DNA of 64,000 nt, taken from Nitrospirota bacterium (GTDB lineage Bacteria > Nitrospirota > Nitrospiria > 2-01-FULL-66-17). The notes under the pieces are model-generated. The model saw only the letters and a program-made list of their open reading frames with translations, had not been told where the DNA came from and did no database searches. The stretch's first letter is position 1; every line of letters starts with the position of its first letter. Below, piece after piece: positions 48,602-59,176 of this stretch. The stretch lies in contig JBMOMC010000040.1 in assembly GCA_049325335.1 (NCBI GenBank), forward strand, positions 1-64,000, read 5' to 3'. The position numbers and the translations under genes were made by a program.

Positions 48602-49417
48602 ATGGTGACCGTTGGCGACATCGGAACCGACCGGTTTCCGACCATTTCCATCGGGTCGAGGGTGCGGCGCGCGATCGATTCGCTGGTCCAGACCGATGTG
48701 GATATGGTGGTCGTGGCGGCGGAGGATGGAACGCCCGCCGGTTTGCTCACCGATACGGACATCGTCCGCCGCGTGATTGCGGCCGACCGACATCCGTTCA
48801 CGACCGCGGTCGAGAGCGTGATGAGTGCGCCGGTCGCGGTGGTGGATCCGGAGTGCTCGCTCGATGCCGCGGGGCGATTGATGGCGGACCGCGGCATCCG
48901 CCATCTCGGGGTGCGGCGGGGCGACGGCGCGATCGAGTGGGTCAGCGCGGCCGCGATGGTGGCGGCCGGCAGCGTCGCCGCGGGCCGGGTGCGCGACATC
49001 ATGAGCCGGAACCTGGCCACGATCCACCTTCGGGAAACGGCGCGCGAAGCCGCGGAACGCATGGCGGACTCATCGGTCGGGCTGCTGTTGGTGGGCGGGC
49101 GAAGGGCTCGCGCGCGCCTGGGTGGGTGGCGCGGCGCGGGACAGGACGATTTAGCGGGCCTGTTGACCGAAACCGATCTGGTGGTCCGCGTGATGGGGAC
49201 CGATCGGTACCCCTACGTCGCCGAAGCGGGCGAAGTGATGGCGTCGCGGTTCATCACCATCGACGTCGAAGACGAGTTGCCCGCGGCCGTGGAGCAACTC
49301 ACTCGCCACGGCGTGCGGCACCTGGTGGTCACCGCGGGCCAGGAAGTCGTCGGCGTCTTGTCGGTCCGCGACCTGTTGGGCGCGATATCCTCGCCGGAGC
49401 CGACACCGTCCGTCTGA
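48602..49417 (+). CDS. Tandem CBS-domain protein (four CBS motifs)
   Basis: GLLTDTDIV, MADRGIRHL, GLLTETDLV, GVLSVRDLL. Confidence 0.85.
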   Translation: MVTVGDIGTDRFPTISIGSRVRRAIDSLVQTDVDMVVVAAEDGTPAGLLTDTDIVRRVIAADRHPFTTAVESVMSAPVAVVDPECSLDAAGRLMADRGIRHLGVRRGDGAIEWVSAAAMVAAGSVAAGRVRDIMSRNLATIHLRETAREAAERMADSSVGLLLVGGRRARARLGGWRGAGQDDLAGLLTETDLVVRVMGTDRYPYVAEAGEVMASRFITIDVEDELPAAVEQLTRHGVRHLVVTAGQEVVGVLSVRDLLGAISSPEPTPSV

Positions 49418-49471
49418 ACAATCCCTAGGGGGAATAGAGCCGACGGTCGAATCCCGTGTGGTCAGATGGGC

Positions 49472-50758
49472 TTATGCCGCGTGGGGCAGTTCGCGGTCGA
49501 TTTCGACCACGGCTTCGGTAAAGAGCGAGACGGCCTGATCGATCTGCTGGTCGGTGACGACCAGGGCGGGGAGGAAACGGACCACGTGTTTGCCGGCGCC
49601 GACCAGGAGAAGCCCTTTCTCAAAGCAGCGTTGGATGATCCGATTGCGGACCTCGGGCGATGGGGTGCGGCTCGCGCGGTCTTTGACGATCTCGATGCCC
49701 ACCATGAGCCCTCTGCCGCGCACCTCGCCGATTGACGGCGAATGATCGGCTGATCGGTTCAGCCCGGCCATCAAACGCTCTCCGGCTTGACCCGCGCGCT
49801 GGATGAGGCCACCCTCGAAGAGGTGACGGAGCGCCACCAACGCGGTTTCGCACGAAATGGGATGGCCGCCGAAGGTGTTGGCGTGGGCGCCGGATGGCCA
49901 GGTCATCAAGCGAGTCGGCGCGATGGTGGCGCCCAAGGGCATACCCGCCGCGATGCCTTTGGACATCGCGACGATGTCCGGGACAATGCCCTCGTGCTCA
50001 CACGCCAGGAACTTGCCGGTGCGGCCCATGCCGCTCTGAATTTCATCCACGATCAACAAGATGCCGTGCCGGGTACAAAGCTCGCGGAGCCGGCGCAGAA
50101 ATCCTTCGGGCGGGACCACGTAGCCGCCTTCGCCCTGGATCGGTTCGACCACAATAGCCGCAACCTCGTCGGGGGAGACCACGCGACTGAATAGGGTCTG
50201 CTCGATGAACGCCGCGTCGCCGTAGGGCGCGTGGTAGACGCCGGGCACGAGCGGGCCGAACCCGCGGCGATGCAGCGCCTTGCTGGCTGAGAGCGAGAGC
50301 GCGCCCAGGGTGCGGCCGTGAAACCCGCCGTAGAACGCAATGAGGTGCTGGCGCCTGGTGACGTACCGCGCGAGCTTGATCGCGGCTTCAATAGCCTCGG
50401 CGCCGGAGTTGGAAAAGAACACCTGCTTGGGCTCATCGCCCGGGCAATGTTTAACCAGTTCTTCGGCCAGACGGATTTGCGACGGGTAGTAGAAGTCCGT
50501 TCCGGACATATGAATCAGCGTGTTGGCCTGGTCCGTGATGGCTTGCACCACGTCAGGGTGGCAATGACCGAGCAGCGAGGTGCCGAGGCCCGAGGTAAAA
50601 TCCAAGTACACGTGCCCGTCCACGTCCACCACGTGCAGTCCCGCCGAGTGTTTGATGACCAGCGGATAGGTTCTGGTATAGGAAGGCGAGACGACCTTGG
50701 CGTCTCGCTCGACCCATGCGCGGGCGTGTGGTCCTGGGCGTGAGGGCGTGGATGACAT
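49472..50758 (-). CDS. Class III PLP aminotransferase (acetylornithine/4-aminobutyrate type)
   Basis: NSGAEAIEAA, FHGRT, EPIQGEGG, DEIQSGMGRTG, SKG. Confidence 0.92.
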   Translation of the reverse strand: MSSTPSRPGPHARAWVERDAKVVSPSYTRTYPLVIKHSAGLHVVDVDGHVYLDFTSGLGTSLLGHCHPDVVQAITDQANTLIHMSGTDFYYPSQIRLAEELVKHCPGDEPKQVFFSNSGAEAIEAAIKLARYVTRRQHLIAFYGGFHGRTLGALSLSASKALHRRGFGPLVPGVYHAPYGDAAFIEQTLFSRVVSPDEVAAIVVEPIQGEGGYVVPPEGFLRRLRELCTRHGILLIVDEIQSGMGRTGKFLACEHEGIVPDIVAMSKGIAAGMPLGATIAPTRLMTWPSGAHANTFGGHPISCETALVALRHLFEGGLIQRAGQAGERLMAGLNRSADHSPSIGEVRGRGLMVGIEIVKDRASRTPSPEVRNRIIQRCFEKGLLLVGAGKHVVRFLPALVVTDQQIDQAVSLFTEAVVEIDRELPHAA

Positions 50759-50782
50759 GGCAGGAGGAGTATAGCAGACGGT

Positions 50783-52915
50783 TTACGCGTCGCTGGGCCT
50801 GCCCGGGTCGAGGGACTCCTTTTCGAGTTTGCGGAGCCAGCGGTAGCTGCGTTTGAGGGTGCGGGCGGCGTGAGTCTTGTTGCCTTGGTGCTCGCGCACG
50901 GCGCGTTCGGTGATGGCCCACTCGATGCGGTGGAGCAGGTCGTCGAACGAGCCGCCGCGGTCGAAGTAGTCCGCGAAACAGGACCAATCCATCTTGCCGA
51001 TGACGGTCCACGGATCTCCGGTCGCGTCCGCGACTTCGGCGCGATCGCCGAACCATTCCATCGGCAGGTGGGCCGCGGTCACCGTGGTCTCGTTGCCCGC
51101 GAGGATCAATGCGCGTTCGATCACGTTTTCCAACTCGCGGACGTTACCGGGCCAGGAATGGGCCCCGAGCACGCGTAAGGCATCGGGCGAGAACCGGTCC
51201 GAAGACCGGCCGGTGCGCGTGCTGACCTTATCGAGCAACGCCTGCGCAAGGAGGGGGATGTCCTCGCGACGCTCGCGTAGGGGAGGGATCGCAACCGGCA
51301 TGACGTTGAGGCGATAGAACAGGTCCTGGCGGAAGGTGCCGGACTTGACCATCTCGACTAGGTTGCGGTGCGTGGCCGCGATCACGCGGATGTTGACCGG
51401 GACGTCTTCGTTGCCGCCCACGCGGCAGATCGTGCGCTCTTGGAGCACCCGCAGTAATCTGACCTGCAGCGCCGCGGAGAGTTCACCGACCTCGTCCAGA
51501 AAGAGCGTGCCGTTGTGCGCGGCTTCGAACTTTCCGATCCGACGTTGCAGCGCGCCGGTAAACGCGCCGCGCTCGTGCCCGAACAACTCGCTTTCCAGCA
51601 ATCCCTCGGGAATGGCCCCGCAGTTGACGGCCACGAATCGGCCGTCTTTGCGCGGGCCGTTGTAGTGAAGCGCCCGCGCGACGACTTCTTTGCCGGTACC
51701 GGTCTCGCCCAGGAGCAGGACCGTGGAGTCGGTGTCCACTACGCGTTCCAGCATAGTGCATAACGCGCGCATGCCGGGACTGAGTGCGACCAACCCCTCG
51801 AACCGGTGCCGGTCCACGAGTTCGGATTTGAGTTGCGCGTTTTCCTCGCGAAGCGAGGCGTTGTCGCGCTCGGAACGTAGGAGTCTCCGCTGGGTTTGTT
51901 TGATCTCATGCAGGTGCGTGAACAGCAGGCGAGAGACCTCGCGCAGCCTGGCTTCTGCGGGTTGGCGCGGTGCGCGTTGGTTGGTCCACCGGAACCGCGC
52001 TTTGGTATACGGCGCACCGTAGATGGCGCCCGGGTCGAGCGACACGGACACACGACCGCGACTCAACGAACCGCCGCGCACGATGCGCACGGCTTGCGCG
52101 CGGTCGAGCGGCGCTTTGGTCGCGCCGTCTGCGGTCAAGACGGTGTAGCGGCCCGCACTCGGGGCGACGATGGCGCCGTCTTCTGCCGGAAAATGTTCGC
52201 TTACCGGAATCTGTTCCGTGCCTAACACCACGCCTTCGGCTTCAGCCACAACGGCGCCAGAGGACCGTTCGATCACGCGGAGTCTTCCGTCCTGTGATGC
52301 CAGCTCGTAGTCGTCGAACTCTCGTAGCAGGTGCGCGAGCGAGAGCTGCGTGAATTCTTCGACGAACGCGGCCGAGCCTGGTCGGCCGAACAAGGCGGGG
52401 AACCCCTCACACTGGCCGCGCAGGAACAGGCCGGGCAACCGGGTCAACCGGCTTTTCGAGGTCACCATGTACAACATGGTGGCCTCGGGGCGGTCCGCGT
52501 GATCCAGCGCCTGCAACGCGGTGTTGGTGGCGAACGCCCCGGCCCAGCGGTTGGACGCGATCACCACGCCGCGCACGTCATCCAGCAGGGTGGCGATGAT
52601 TTCGAAGATCGTCGGCCCCCGGCGGTGCGGGCGCTCGAAGTGCGCGCGGGTCGCGTGATACGCCAGGTCGTGGTCCCCGGTCGCGTCTTCCGCCGCCAGC
52701 ACCAGACGGACCAAGACATCTTGCGGCAACCACTGGTTCGGGTCGGTCAGCAACGCCTTGGCGTCGGTTGCGCGATGCGCGAGGGTGGTGTCCGCGAAGA
52801 TCGCGGGGTAGGGCAGGGCGTGGGCGACCTGGGGATGGCGCTCTGCCAAGTAATCCACGACGATGCTGGTGAGAAAGCCGGTGACCCAGGCCGGGTCAGT
52901 CGTGGGCGCCGACAC
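50783..52915 (-). CDS. sigma54-dependent enhancer-binding protein with an unusual N-terminal domain
   Basis: [40 protein letters not shown]-terminal Fis-type HTH. Confidence 0.9.
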   Translation of the reverse strand: MSAPTTDPAWVTGFLTSIVVDYLAERHPQVAHALPYPAIFADTTLAHRATDAKALLTDPNQWLPQDVLVRLVLAAEDATGDHDLAYHATRAHFERPHRRGPTIFEIIATLLDDVRGVVIASNRWAGAFATNTALQALDHADRPEATMLYMVTSKSRLTRLPGLFLRGQCEGFPALFGRPGSAAFVEEFTQLSLAHLLREFDDYELASQDGRLRVIERSSGAVVAEAEGVVLGTEQIPVSEHFPAEDGAIVAPSAGRYTVLTADGATKAPLDRAQAVRIVRGGSLSRGRVSVSLDPGAIYGAPYTKARFRWTNQRAPRQPAEARLREVSRLLFTHLHEIKQTQRRLLRSERDNASLREENAQLKSELVDRHRFEGLVALSPGMRALCTMLERVVDTDSTVLLLGETGTGKEVVARALHYNGPRKDGRFVAVNCGAIPEGLLESELFGHERGAFTGALQRRIGKFEAAHNGTLFLDEVGELSAALQVRLLRVLQERTICRVGGNEDVPVNIRVIAATHRNLVEMVKSGTFRQDLFYRLNVMPVAIPPLRERREDIPLLAQALLDKVSTRTGRSSDRFSPDALRVLGAHSWPGNVRELENVIERALILAGNETTVTAAHLPMEWFGDRAEVADATGDPWTVIGKMDWSCFADYFDRGGSFDDLLHRIEWAITERAVREHQGNKTHAARTLKRSYRWLRKLEKESLDPGRPSDA

Positions 52916-53468
52916 GGTCCGCTTCCAACGCCAACACGTCGCCCGTGATGCGGCGACTCACGGTCCGTCCCACCAGGGACTCCACGAGGGTCAGAGCGAA
53001 TTCCAGAGCGGTGCCGGGCGAGCGGCTTGTGATGATCCGTCCGTCCACCACCACGCGGTCGGTTCGGTAGTCGGCTGATCGCAACTCAGACTGCGTTGCG
53101 GGATAACTGGTGGCCCGCCGTCCCGTGAGCAGGCCCAGATCGGCCAGCACCGTGGGCGCGGCGCAGATCGCGGCGATCCATGCGCCGCGGTCCGCGTGAC
53201 GCTTCACGATCACCGCGATGCGGGCGTCGCGGCGCAGCGCGTCGGTGCCTGGGCCGCCGCCGGGCAGCACGACCATGTCGAACGTCGCGTCGGCGACCGT
53301 GTCGAGCGTGCTGTCGGGGGTGATGACGACGCCCCGGCTGCCAGTGATCGGCCCGTCCGTAGTGCCCGCCACCGTGACGTGGACGTCCGCGCGACGGAGA
53401 ATGTCGATGATCGTCACGGCTTCGATCTCCTCGAAGCCTGGAGCGAGTGGGACGAGGACGCGTTTCAT
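52896..53468 (-). CDS. DJ-1/ThiJ (YajL-like) protein
   Basis: [28 protein letters not shown]. Confidence 0.9.
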   Translation of the reverse strand: MKRVLVPLAPGFEEIEAVTIIDILRRADVHVTVAGTTDGPITGSRGVVITPDSTLDTVADATFDMVVLPGGGPGTDALRRDARIAVIVKRHADRGAWIAAICAAPTVLADLGLLTGRRATSYPATQSELRSADYRTDRVVVDGRIITSRSPGTALEFALTLVESLVGRTVSRRITGDVLALEADRVGAHD

Positions 53469-53486
53469 AGGTACCTCGTACGGTTG

Positions 53487-53514
53487 GTAGGGGCGCACGG
53501 CCGTGCGCCCCTAC
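53487..53514. repeat. GTAG-type REP palindrome
   Basis: GTAGGGGCGCACGGCCGTGCGCCCCTAC. Confidence 0.75.
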
Positions 53515-53535
53515 GTGCAACAACAGATGTCGGCG

Positions 53536-54237
53536 TTAGTGCGCCGCGGGTTTCTTGCCGTTGTACCCGTCCGCGAACTGCGTGTTCACGTGCACCACGG
53601 CCTTGTTCAGGTCCTTAAAGGGATACGCATCCGTAATGGCGGCGAGCGAGTCGGCATCGGCCTGTTTCGTGAGGATCGTCCCGGCCGGGACGATTTTCTT
53701 CTCGCCCACCTTGACGCCGATGACTTTGGCGCCGGGCTCGACCACGGTGCCGCTCCCAATCTCGGCTTTGAACACCAACGCCTGCATGCCGATAAACGCG
53801 TCGTTTCCGACCTTGGCCGGTCCGTGAACTTGTGATTGGTGTGCCATGGAGACGCGATCCCCGATGTACACCGAGTATTTCTTGCCGCCGACTTCGACCT
53901 GGTTTTTCGCGAGGGTTTCTTTGCCTTCCTGGGTTTCGAGGCCGTGCACCACCACGCTGTCCTGCACGTTGCTCTCGTTGCCAATGTGGATCGGCTGCCC
54001 TTCGTCGCCGCGCACCGATGCGGTGGGCGCCACGTACACGCGCTCGCCGATCTCAACCGCGCCGATGACCGACCCAATTTCGTGCACGAAGGCGGACTTG
54101 GCCACCTGGGGCGTATCTACGTCGGGATTAAACGAGGTCAAGACATTGGGCCCCTTAAACCCCATGAGGACGATCCCGAGAAACAATCCGTTGAAAAACA
54201 GACTCACCGACAACGTGACGGAACTCCTGGTGCTCAT
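53536..54237 (-). CDS. Gamma-class (Cam-type) carbonic anhydrase, probably exported
   Basis: RGDEG, SNVQD..VHGLE, SMAHQSQVHGP (three His ligands), hexapeptide repeats, hydrophobic N-terminus. Confidence 0.9.
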   Translation of the reverse strand: MSTRSSVTLSVSLFFNGLFLGIVLMGFKGPNVLTSFNPDVDTPQVAKSAFVHEIGSVIGAVEIGERVYVAPTASVRGDEGQPIHIGNESNVQDSVVVHGLETQEGKETLAKNQVEVGGKKYSVYIGDRVSMAHQSQVHGPAKVGNDAFIGMQALVFKAEIGSGTVVEPGAKVIGVKVGEKKIVPAGTILTKQADADSLAAITDAYPFKDLNKAVVHVNTQFADGYNGKKPAAH

Positions 54238-54354
54238 ACGACTCCTTTCGTGTGGTGCGTGGCTATGGTACGATGCGGCGTCCGCAACATCCCGCGCGAG
54301 CGGGGGACGGCGGACAGGCGCGAACCTAGCACAACTCGAATTGGGGGGTCAAGC

Positions 54355-55062
54355 GTGGGTCTACCCGATGGGCTGCGAGCAGCCATCTTCGACTTTGACG
54401 GCGTGATCGTGGACAGCGAGCCCGTGCATTTTCGTTGGTTTCAACGCTTATTGGCCGAGGAGGGCGTGGCGCTCACGCGCGCGGATTATGACGCCGTGTA
54501 CTTGGGCATGGACGACCGCGAGTGTTTCACTGAAGCGTTGACCCGACACGGCAAAACCGGCGCGCTCTCCAAGGTGCCGACGTTGATCGAACGCAAGTCC
54601 GCACTCTTGATGGCCGAAGTGGCCGAGCACCCGCCGGTGTTGCCCGGCGCGGTGGAGTTCGTGCGAACCTTGGCCAAGAGCGTGCCGCTGGCGATCTGTT
54701 CCGGCGCGTTGCGCCGTGAGATCGAGGCCATGCTCACCCAGGCGGGCATCCGATCGAGTTTTGTCGGGATCGTCAGCGCGGAGGACGTGAGCCACAGCAA
54801 GCCGCACCCAGAGGGGTACACTAAGGCGCTGGCGTTGCTCAACCACACGCAATCGCCGTCGCGCGCCGTCGCGCCCGCGTCGTGCCTGGTGATCGAAGAT
54901 TCCATCGCGGGCATCGAGGCCGCCAAAGCCGCGGGCATGCGGTGCTTGGCCGTGGCCAACTCATACCACGAAGCCGCGCTGAAGGAGGCCCGCGCCGACG
55001 CCGTGGTCGCGACGCTCAACGGAGACGTGCTGACCGCGGTGGACCGCTGTTTTCCGAGGTGA
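54355..55062 (+). CDS. HAD family phosphatase (beta-PGM-like)
   Basis: IFDFDGVIVDSE, SKPHPEGY, VIEDSIAG. Confidence 0.9.
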   Translation: MGLPDGLRAAIFDFDGVIVDSEPVHFRWFQRLLAEEGVALTRADYDAVYLGMDDRECFTEALTRHGKTGALSKVPTLIERKSALLMAEVAEHPPVLPGAVEFVRTLAKSVPLAICSGALRREIEAMLTQAGIRSSFVGIVSAEDVSHSKPHPEGYTKALALLNHTQSPSRAVAPASCLVIEDSIAGIEAAKAAGMRCLAVANSYHEAALKEARADAVVATLNGDVLTAVDRCFPR

Positions 55063-55116
55063 CGGCGGCGCGCCGATGACGCTTGACGGTCTGCGGGCTC
55101 CGGCCCCGTTGTCCGA

Positions 55117-56358
55117 GTGATCTCGTTGCGAATCCTCATCGTGTCGATGTCGTTCCCGCTGCCCCTCAAGTCCGGGGGTCGGATTCGCGTGTTCCATCTG
55201 ATCAAGCGGTTGGCCGCCAGGCACCGCATCACGTTGTTGTGTCTGGTGGATTCCGAGGAGGACTTCGCCGCTCACCGCGCGGAGCTCGCGGCGTTGTGCG
55301 AACGGGTGATCGGCGTGCGGTGGCGGCCCGGGGTGATGGGGCTGCTCGGGCGCGTGGTCCGCTCGGGCGCGTGGGGCGTTCGGTTGCCGGTGGTGGTGCT
55401 CAATAAACGCAGCGCGGAATTGGCCGCGGCGCTGCGCGAGCTGTTGCGCCGCGACTCCTTTGACGTCGTGCAGATCGAATGGATCCAGATGGCGCAGCAC
55501 GTGGCGGAGTCGGATCTCCCGCTCCTTGCGCGCCGCGGCATCTTAGTAGAACACGACGTGGCGTGGATTCCGCTCGAACGGCGCGCGGCCGTAGCCGCGG
55601 GTGTGGCGCGGTGGTTTTGGCGACGCGAAGCGCGGCTGATGCAATCGTTCGAGACCGCGGCGGCCGCCCGATGCGCCGCGGTGGTCGCGATGTCTTCGGA
55701 GGACGCGGCGCGTCTCGCGGCCCAAGGGTTGCGGAACGTGACCGTGGTGCCCAATGGAGTGGATGTCGGGTATTACCGCGAGGGCGTTGCCCCAACCAAG
55801 GATCCGCGCACCGTGATCTTCATCGGCTGGTGGCGGCACGATCCGAATGTGGACGGCCTGCTGTTTTTCTTGCGCGACATCTGGCCGTTGATCATACGGG
55901 ATGCGCCCGACGCGCGGTTGGTGGTGGTGGGCGCGCCGGTGCCGGCGGTGAGGCGCGCGGCCGCGCGAGCGCCCCGAGTCGAACTGGCGGGGTACGTGCC
56001 CGACGTACGACCGCACCTGCGCGCGGCCGCGGTCAGTGTGGTGCCGCTGCGCGTGGGCGGCGGCACCCGCCTCAAGATCCTCGAATCCATGGCCGCGGGC
56101 ACCGCGGTGGTCTCCACCTCGGTGGGATGCGAGGGGCTGGGGTTGACTCCCGACCAACACCTCGTGGTGGCCGACGCCCCCGACGCGTTCGCGGCCGGGG
56201 TCGTCCGGATGTTGCGCGATCCCGCACTACGCCAACGAATCGAGCGCGAGGCGTTCGCGGCTGGCGCCGGGTTTGATTGGTCGCGGATGGCCGATCAGAT
56301 GGACGATCTGTATCGACGCGTCTCGTCAGGGGCCACGCGACCCCCGGTGACCCCGTGA
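55117..56358 (+). CDS. Glycosyltransferase family 4
   Basis: PLKSGGRIR, VPNGVD, GGGTRLKILESMA. Confidence 0.88.
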   Translation: MISLRILIVSMSFPLPLKSGGRIRVFHLIKRLAARHRITLLCLVDSEEDFAAHRAELAALCERVIGVRWRPGVMGLLGRVVRSGAWGVRLPVVVLNKRSAELAAALRELLRRDSFDVVQIEWIQMAQHVAESDLPLLARRGILVEHDVAWIPLERRAAVAAGVARWFWRREARLMQSFETAAAARCAAVVAMSSEDAARLAAQGLRNVTVVPNGVDVGYYREGVAPTKDPRTVIFIGWWRHDPNVDGLLFFLRDIWPLIIRDAPDARLVVVGAPVPAVRRAAARAPRVELAGYVPDVRPHLRAAAVSVVPLRVGGGTRLKILESMAAGTAVVSTSVGCEGLGLTPDQHLVVADAPDAFAAGVVRMLRDPALRQRIEREAFAAGAGFDWSRMADQMDDLYRRVSSGATRPPVTP

Positions 56359-56465
56359 TCGCAGTCCGCGCGGGGCGGCGGTTTCGGTCAGGGCTCGTGG
56401 CCGACGGCCGCTGATAATGGGGCGCATTGCTTTTTCCGGGATGATGGACTAGCCTTCGAGGATCT

Positions 56466-57365
56466 ATGGCCGACTCACATCAACGCGCACCAGTCACTCT
56501 GATCATCCCGGTGCACAATGAGGCGCTGAGCATCGCGGACCTCGTGGCGCGCGCGCGCAAGGCGCTTGGTCCCGACGCCGAAGTGTTGGTCGTGGACGAC
56601 GGTTCGACGGATGGAAGCGGGCCCCTCGCGCGGGAGGCCGGGGCGCGGGTGGTGAGCCATCCGTACAAGATGGGCAACGGCGCCGCGATCAAAACCGGCA
56701 TTCGCGGAGCGCGCGGCTCCGTGGTGGTGATGATGGACGGGGATGGGCAGCACAACCCCGACGATATCCCGCGGCTGCTGGCGCAGATCGGACCGTACGA
56801 CATGGTAGTTGGCGCGCGCTCGTCCGGGTCGCAGAGCGACGTGCACCGTTGGCTCGGTAATCGGTTCTACAACGTGTTCGCCTCGTATCTGACGAATCGG
56901 CCGATCTTGGACACGACTTCAGGTTTTCGCGCGATCAAAGCCTCACTCGCGCGGCGGTTCGTCTACCTGCTGCCGAACGCGTTTTCGTACCCCACCACGC
57001 TCACCATGGCCACCATCCGCGCGGGCCACAGCGTGACTTTCGTGCCCATCGTTGCCGTGCGCCGCAAGGGTAAGAGCAAGCTCCAGCCCCTGCGAGACGG
57101 CTTTCGATTCCTGGTCATCATGTTCAAGATCGCCACCCTGTATTCGCCGATCAAGGTGTTCCTGCCGGTCAGCGCCGTGTTCTTTACGACCGGGCTGGGA
57201 TACTACATGTATACCTTCCTCGAATCCCGCCGGTTCACCAACATGTCCGCGCTTCTGTTCATCAACGCGGTGATCATCTTCCTGATGGGGCTCGTCTCCG
57301 AGCAGATCGCACAGATGCGCTTCGAGCACAGCGAACGCATCACGGACCACGACCACCCCGAGTGA
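56466..57365 (+). CDS. Glycosyltransferase family 2 (DPM synthase-like) with C-terminal TM segments
   Basis: IIPVHNE, VVDDGSTD, MDGDGQH, DTTSGFRA. Confidence 0.9.
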   Translation: MADSHQRAPVTLIIPVHNEALSIADLVARARKALGPDAEVLVVDDGSTDGSGPLAREAGARVVSHPYKMGNGAAIKTGIRGARGSVVVMMDGDGQHNPDDIPRLLAQIGPYDMVVGARSSGSQSDVHRWLGNRFYNVFASYLTNRPILDTTSGFRAIKASLARRFVYLLPNAFSYPTTLTMATIRAGHSVTFVPIVAVRRKGKSKLQPLRDGFRFLVIMFKIATLYSPIKVFLPVSAVFFTTGLGYYMYTFLESRRFTNMSALLFINAVIIFLMGLVSEQIAQMRFEHSERITDHDHPE

Positions 57366-57447
57366 GCATGAGGTTTTCTTCGGTCGAGGAGAAGGCTCCA
57401 GATGCAAGGCGGAGCAAGAACCCGCCCAGGAGCGTACTGGGTCGTAC

Positions 57448-58638
57448 ATGAGGAGGCGGGTTCGCCGCGACAACGCGGCAGGTGGGGCCTTCCCCTCGAC
57501 TGCCCTGCGGGTCTGCTACTTCGGCACCTACTCCGCCGGCCCCGGCTATCCCGTCAACCGCGTGTTGATAGAGGGGCTTCGGCGGGCGGGCGCGGTGGTG
57601 TGGGAGTGCCGGGCCGGGATCGCGGATGACGCGGACGAGCGGTGGCGGTCCGCGCGGGGAGCCCGTGCTGCGGTACGAGCGGCGTGGCGCCTCGTGCTCG
57701 CGTGGCCGCGACTGATCGCGCGATGGGTCGCCGGCCCGCCGAGCGACGTGGTGATCGTCGGGTACCTGGGCCACGTGGATGTGTTGCTCGCCAGAGCGCT
57801 CACCCGGCGCCCGGTAGTGCTCAACGCATTGTTGTCGTTGCACGACACCGTGGTCCAAGACCGGCAATTGGTCTCGGAGCGATCGCTCGCGGCGCGGGTC
57901 TTGGGAGCGATCGATCGTCTGGCGTGCCGGACCGCGGATCTGGTGCTGCTCGATACCCACGCGCACATCGCGTACTTTTGCGAGCGGTTCGGCCTGGACG
58001 CCGCGAGGTTTCATCGCGTGTTGGTGGGGTCGGATCGCGCCCCGCGCCTCGTGTCCGTCAAACCGTCGGGCTCGCCGGTTCGCGTCCTGTTCGTGGGCAC
58101 GTTCATCCCATTACACGGGGCGCACACCATCGTGGACGCAGCCGCGCGCCTCGAACACGGCGGGACGGACATCAGGTTTCGGATGATCGGGCGGGGACAA
58201 GAGTTCGCGGCCGTGGCCGACCGCGTCCGACGCCAGGGACTCACCCGCGTGGAACTGGTGGATGGTTGGATCGACGGCGCGAGTTACGATCGCGAACTGG
58301 CCGAGGCCGACATCTGCCTGGGCGTGTTCGGCGCCACGGACAAGGCGCGGCGGGTCATCCCCTCAAAAGTGTACGACGCGTTGGCTGCCGGGCGACCCGT
58401 GATCACCGCGGACACGCCCGCGGCGCGCGAACTGCTCACCCACGGCGAGGATGCGTGGGTGTGTCCGCCGGGAGATCCCGCGGCGTTGGCCGACGCGGTC
58501 GCGAGGCTGGCCGGAGATCACGCGTTGCGCGCGCGGTTGGCCGAGGGCGCGCGGAGAACTTACGAAACACGCTGCTCGCCGGAGGTGATCGGGCGGGACG
58601 TCAGGGCGGTGTTGGAGCGGGTGGCGCGGTCATCGTAG
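57448..58638 (+). CDS. Glycosyltransferase family 4
   Basis: VLFVGTFIPLHG, VIPSKVYDALAAGRPVIT. Confidence 0.85.
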   Translation: MRRRVRRDNAAGGAFPSTALRVCYFGTYSAGPGYPVNRVLIEGLRRAGAVVWECRAGIADDADERWRSARGARAAVRAAWRLVLAWPRLIARWVAGPPSDVVIVGYLGHVDVLLARALTRRPVVLNALLSLHDTVVQDRQLVSERSLAARVLGAIDRLACRTADLVLLDTHAHIAYFCERFGLDAARFHRVLVGSDRAPRLVSVKPSGSPVRVLFVGTFIPLHGAHTIVDAAARLEHGGTDIRFRMIGRGQEFAAVADRVRRQGLTRVELVDGWIDGASYDRELAEADICLGVFGATDKARRVIPSKVYDALAAGRPVITADTPAARELLTHGEDAWVCPPGDPAALADAVARLAGDHALRARLAEGARRTYETRCSPEVIGRDVRAVLERVARSS

Positions 58639-58662
58639 GGGCGTACGGCCGCGCGCCCCTAC
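58635..58662. repeat. GTAG-type REP palindrome overlapping a stop codon
   Basis: GTAGGGGCGTACGGCCGCGCGCCCCTAC. Confidence 0.7.
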
Positions 58663-58669
58663 GCAAATA

Positions 58670-59161
58670 TTAGGACGGCAGAGTCTTGAGGTCTTTGAGG
58701 ACCTCGTGGTGGTGTTCATCCACCTTGACTTTGGGGTAGATCTTGGCGATCCGGCCCTGTTTGTCGATTAAGAACGTGGTCCGCTCGATGCCCCAGAACT
58801 CCTTGCCGTACATCTTTTTGAGTTTGTACACGCCGTAGGCTTTGGACACGGCGTGGCTCTCGTCGCTCAATAACGGGAACGGGAGCGAGAACTTGTCCAC
58901 GAACTTCTTATGGGACGTCAGATTGTCGAGGCTGACGCCCAGCACCACCGCGCCCGCCTTCTGATACGACGCGAACGTGTCGCGGAATCCGCACGCCTCG
59001 ATGGTGCAACCCGGCGTGTCGTCCTTCGGGTAAAAATACAGCACCACCGCGTGGTGGCCGCGAAAATCGTGCAGCGCGACGGTGGCGCCGGTGTTGGCGG
59101 CCAGCGCAAAGTCCGGGGCCGCGTCGCCTTCCTTCAGTCCGTCGTCGGTCGATGGCGCCAT
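58670..59161 (-). CDS. bcp: Thioredoxin-dependent peroxiredoxin Bcp
   Basis: YFYPKDDTPGCTIEACGFRD, GIERTTFLID. Confidence 0.93.
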   Translation of the reverse strand: MAPSTDDGLKEGDAAPDFALAANTGATVALHDFRGHHAVVLYFYPKDDTPGCTIEACGFRDTFASYQKAGAVVLGVSLDNLTSHKKFVDKFSLPFPLLSDESHAVSKAYGVYKLKKMYGKEFWGIERTTFLIDKQGRIAKIYPKVKVDEHHHEVLKDLKTLPS

Positions 59162-59176
59162 GTGCGGGTGATCGGG

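Noticed and set aside
53836..54354. N-terminal extension of the HAD ORF (likewise the long starts given for purU, the CBS protein and DUF898)
   Set aside because: These overlap opposite-strand genes or promoters, and downstream starts fit family lengths better.
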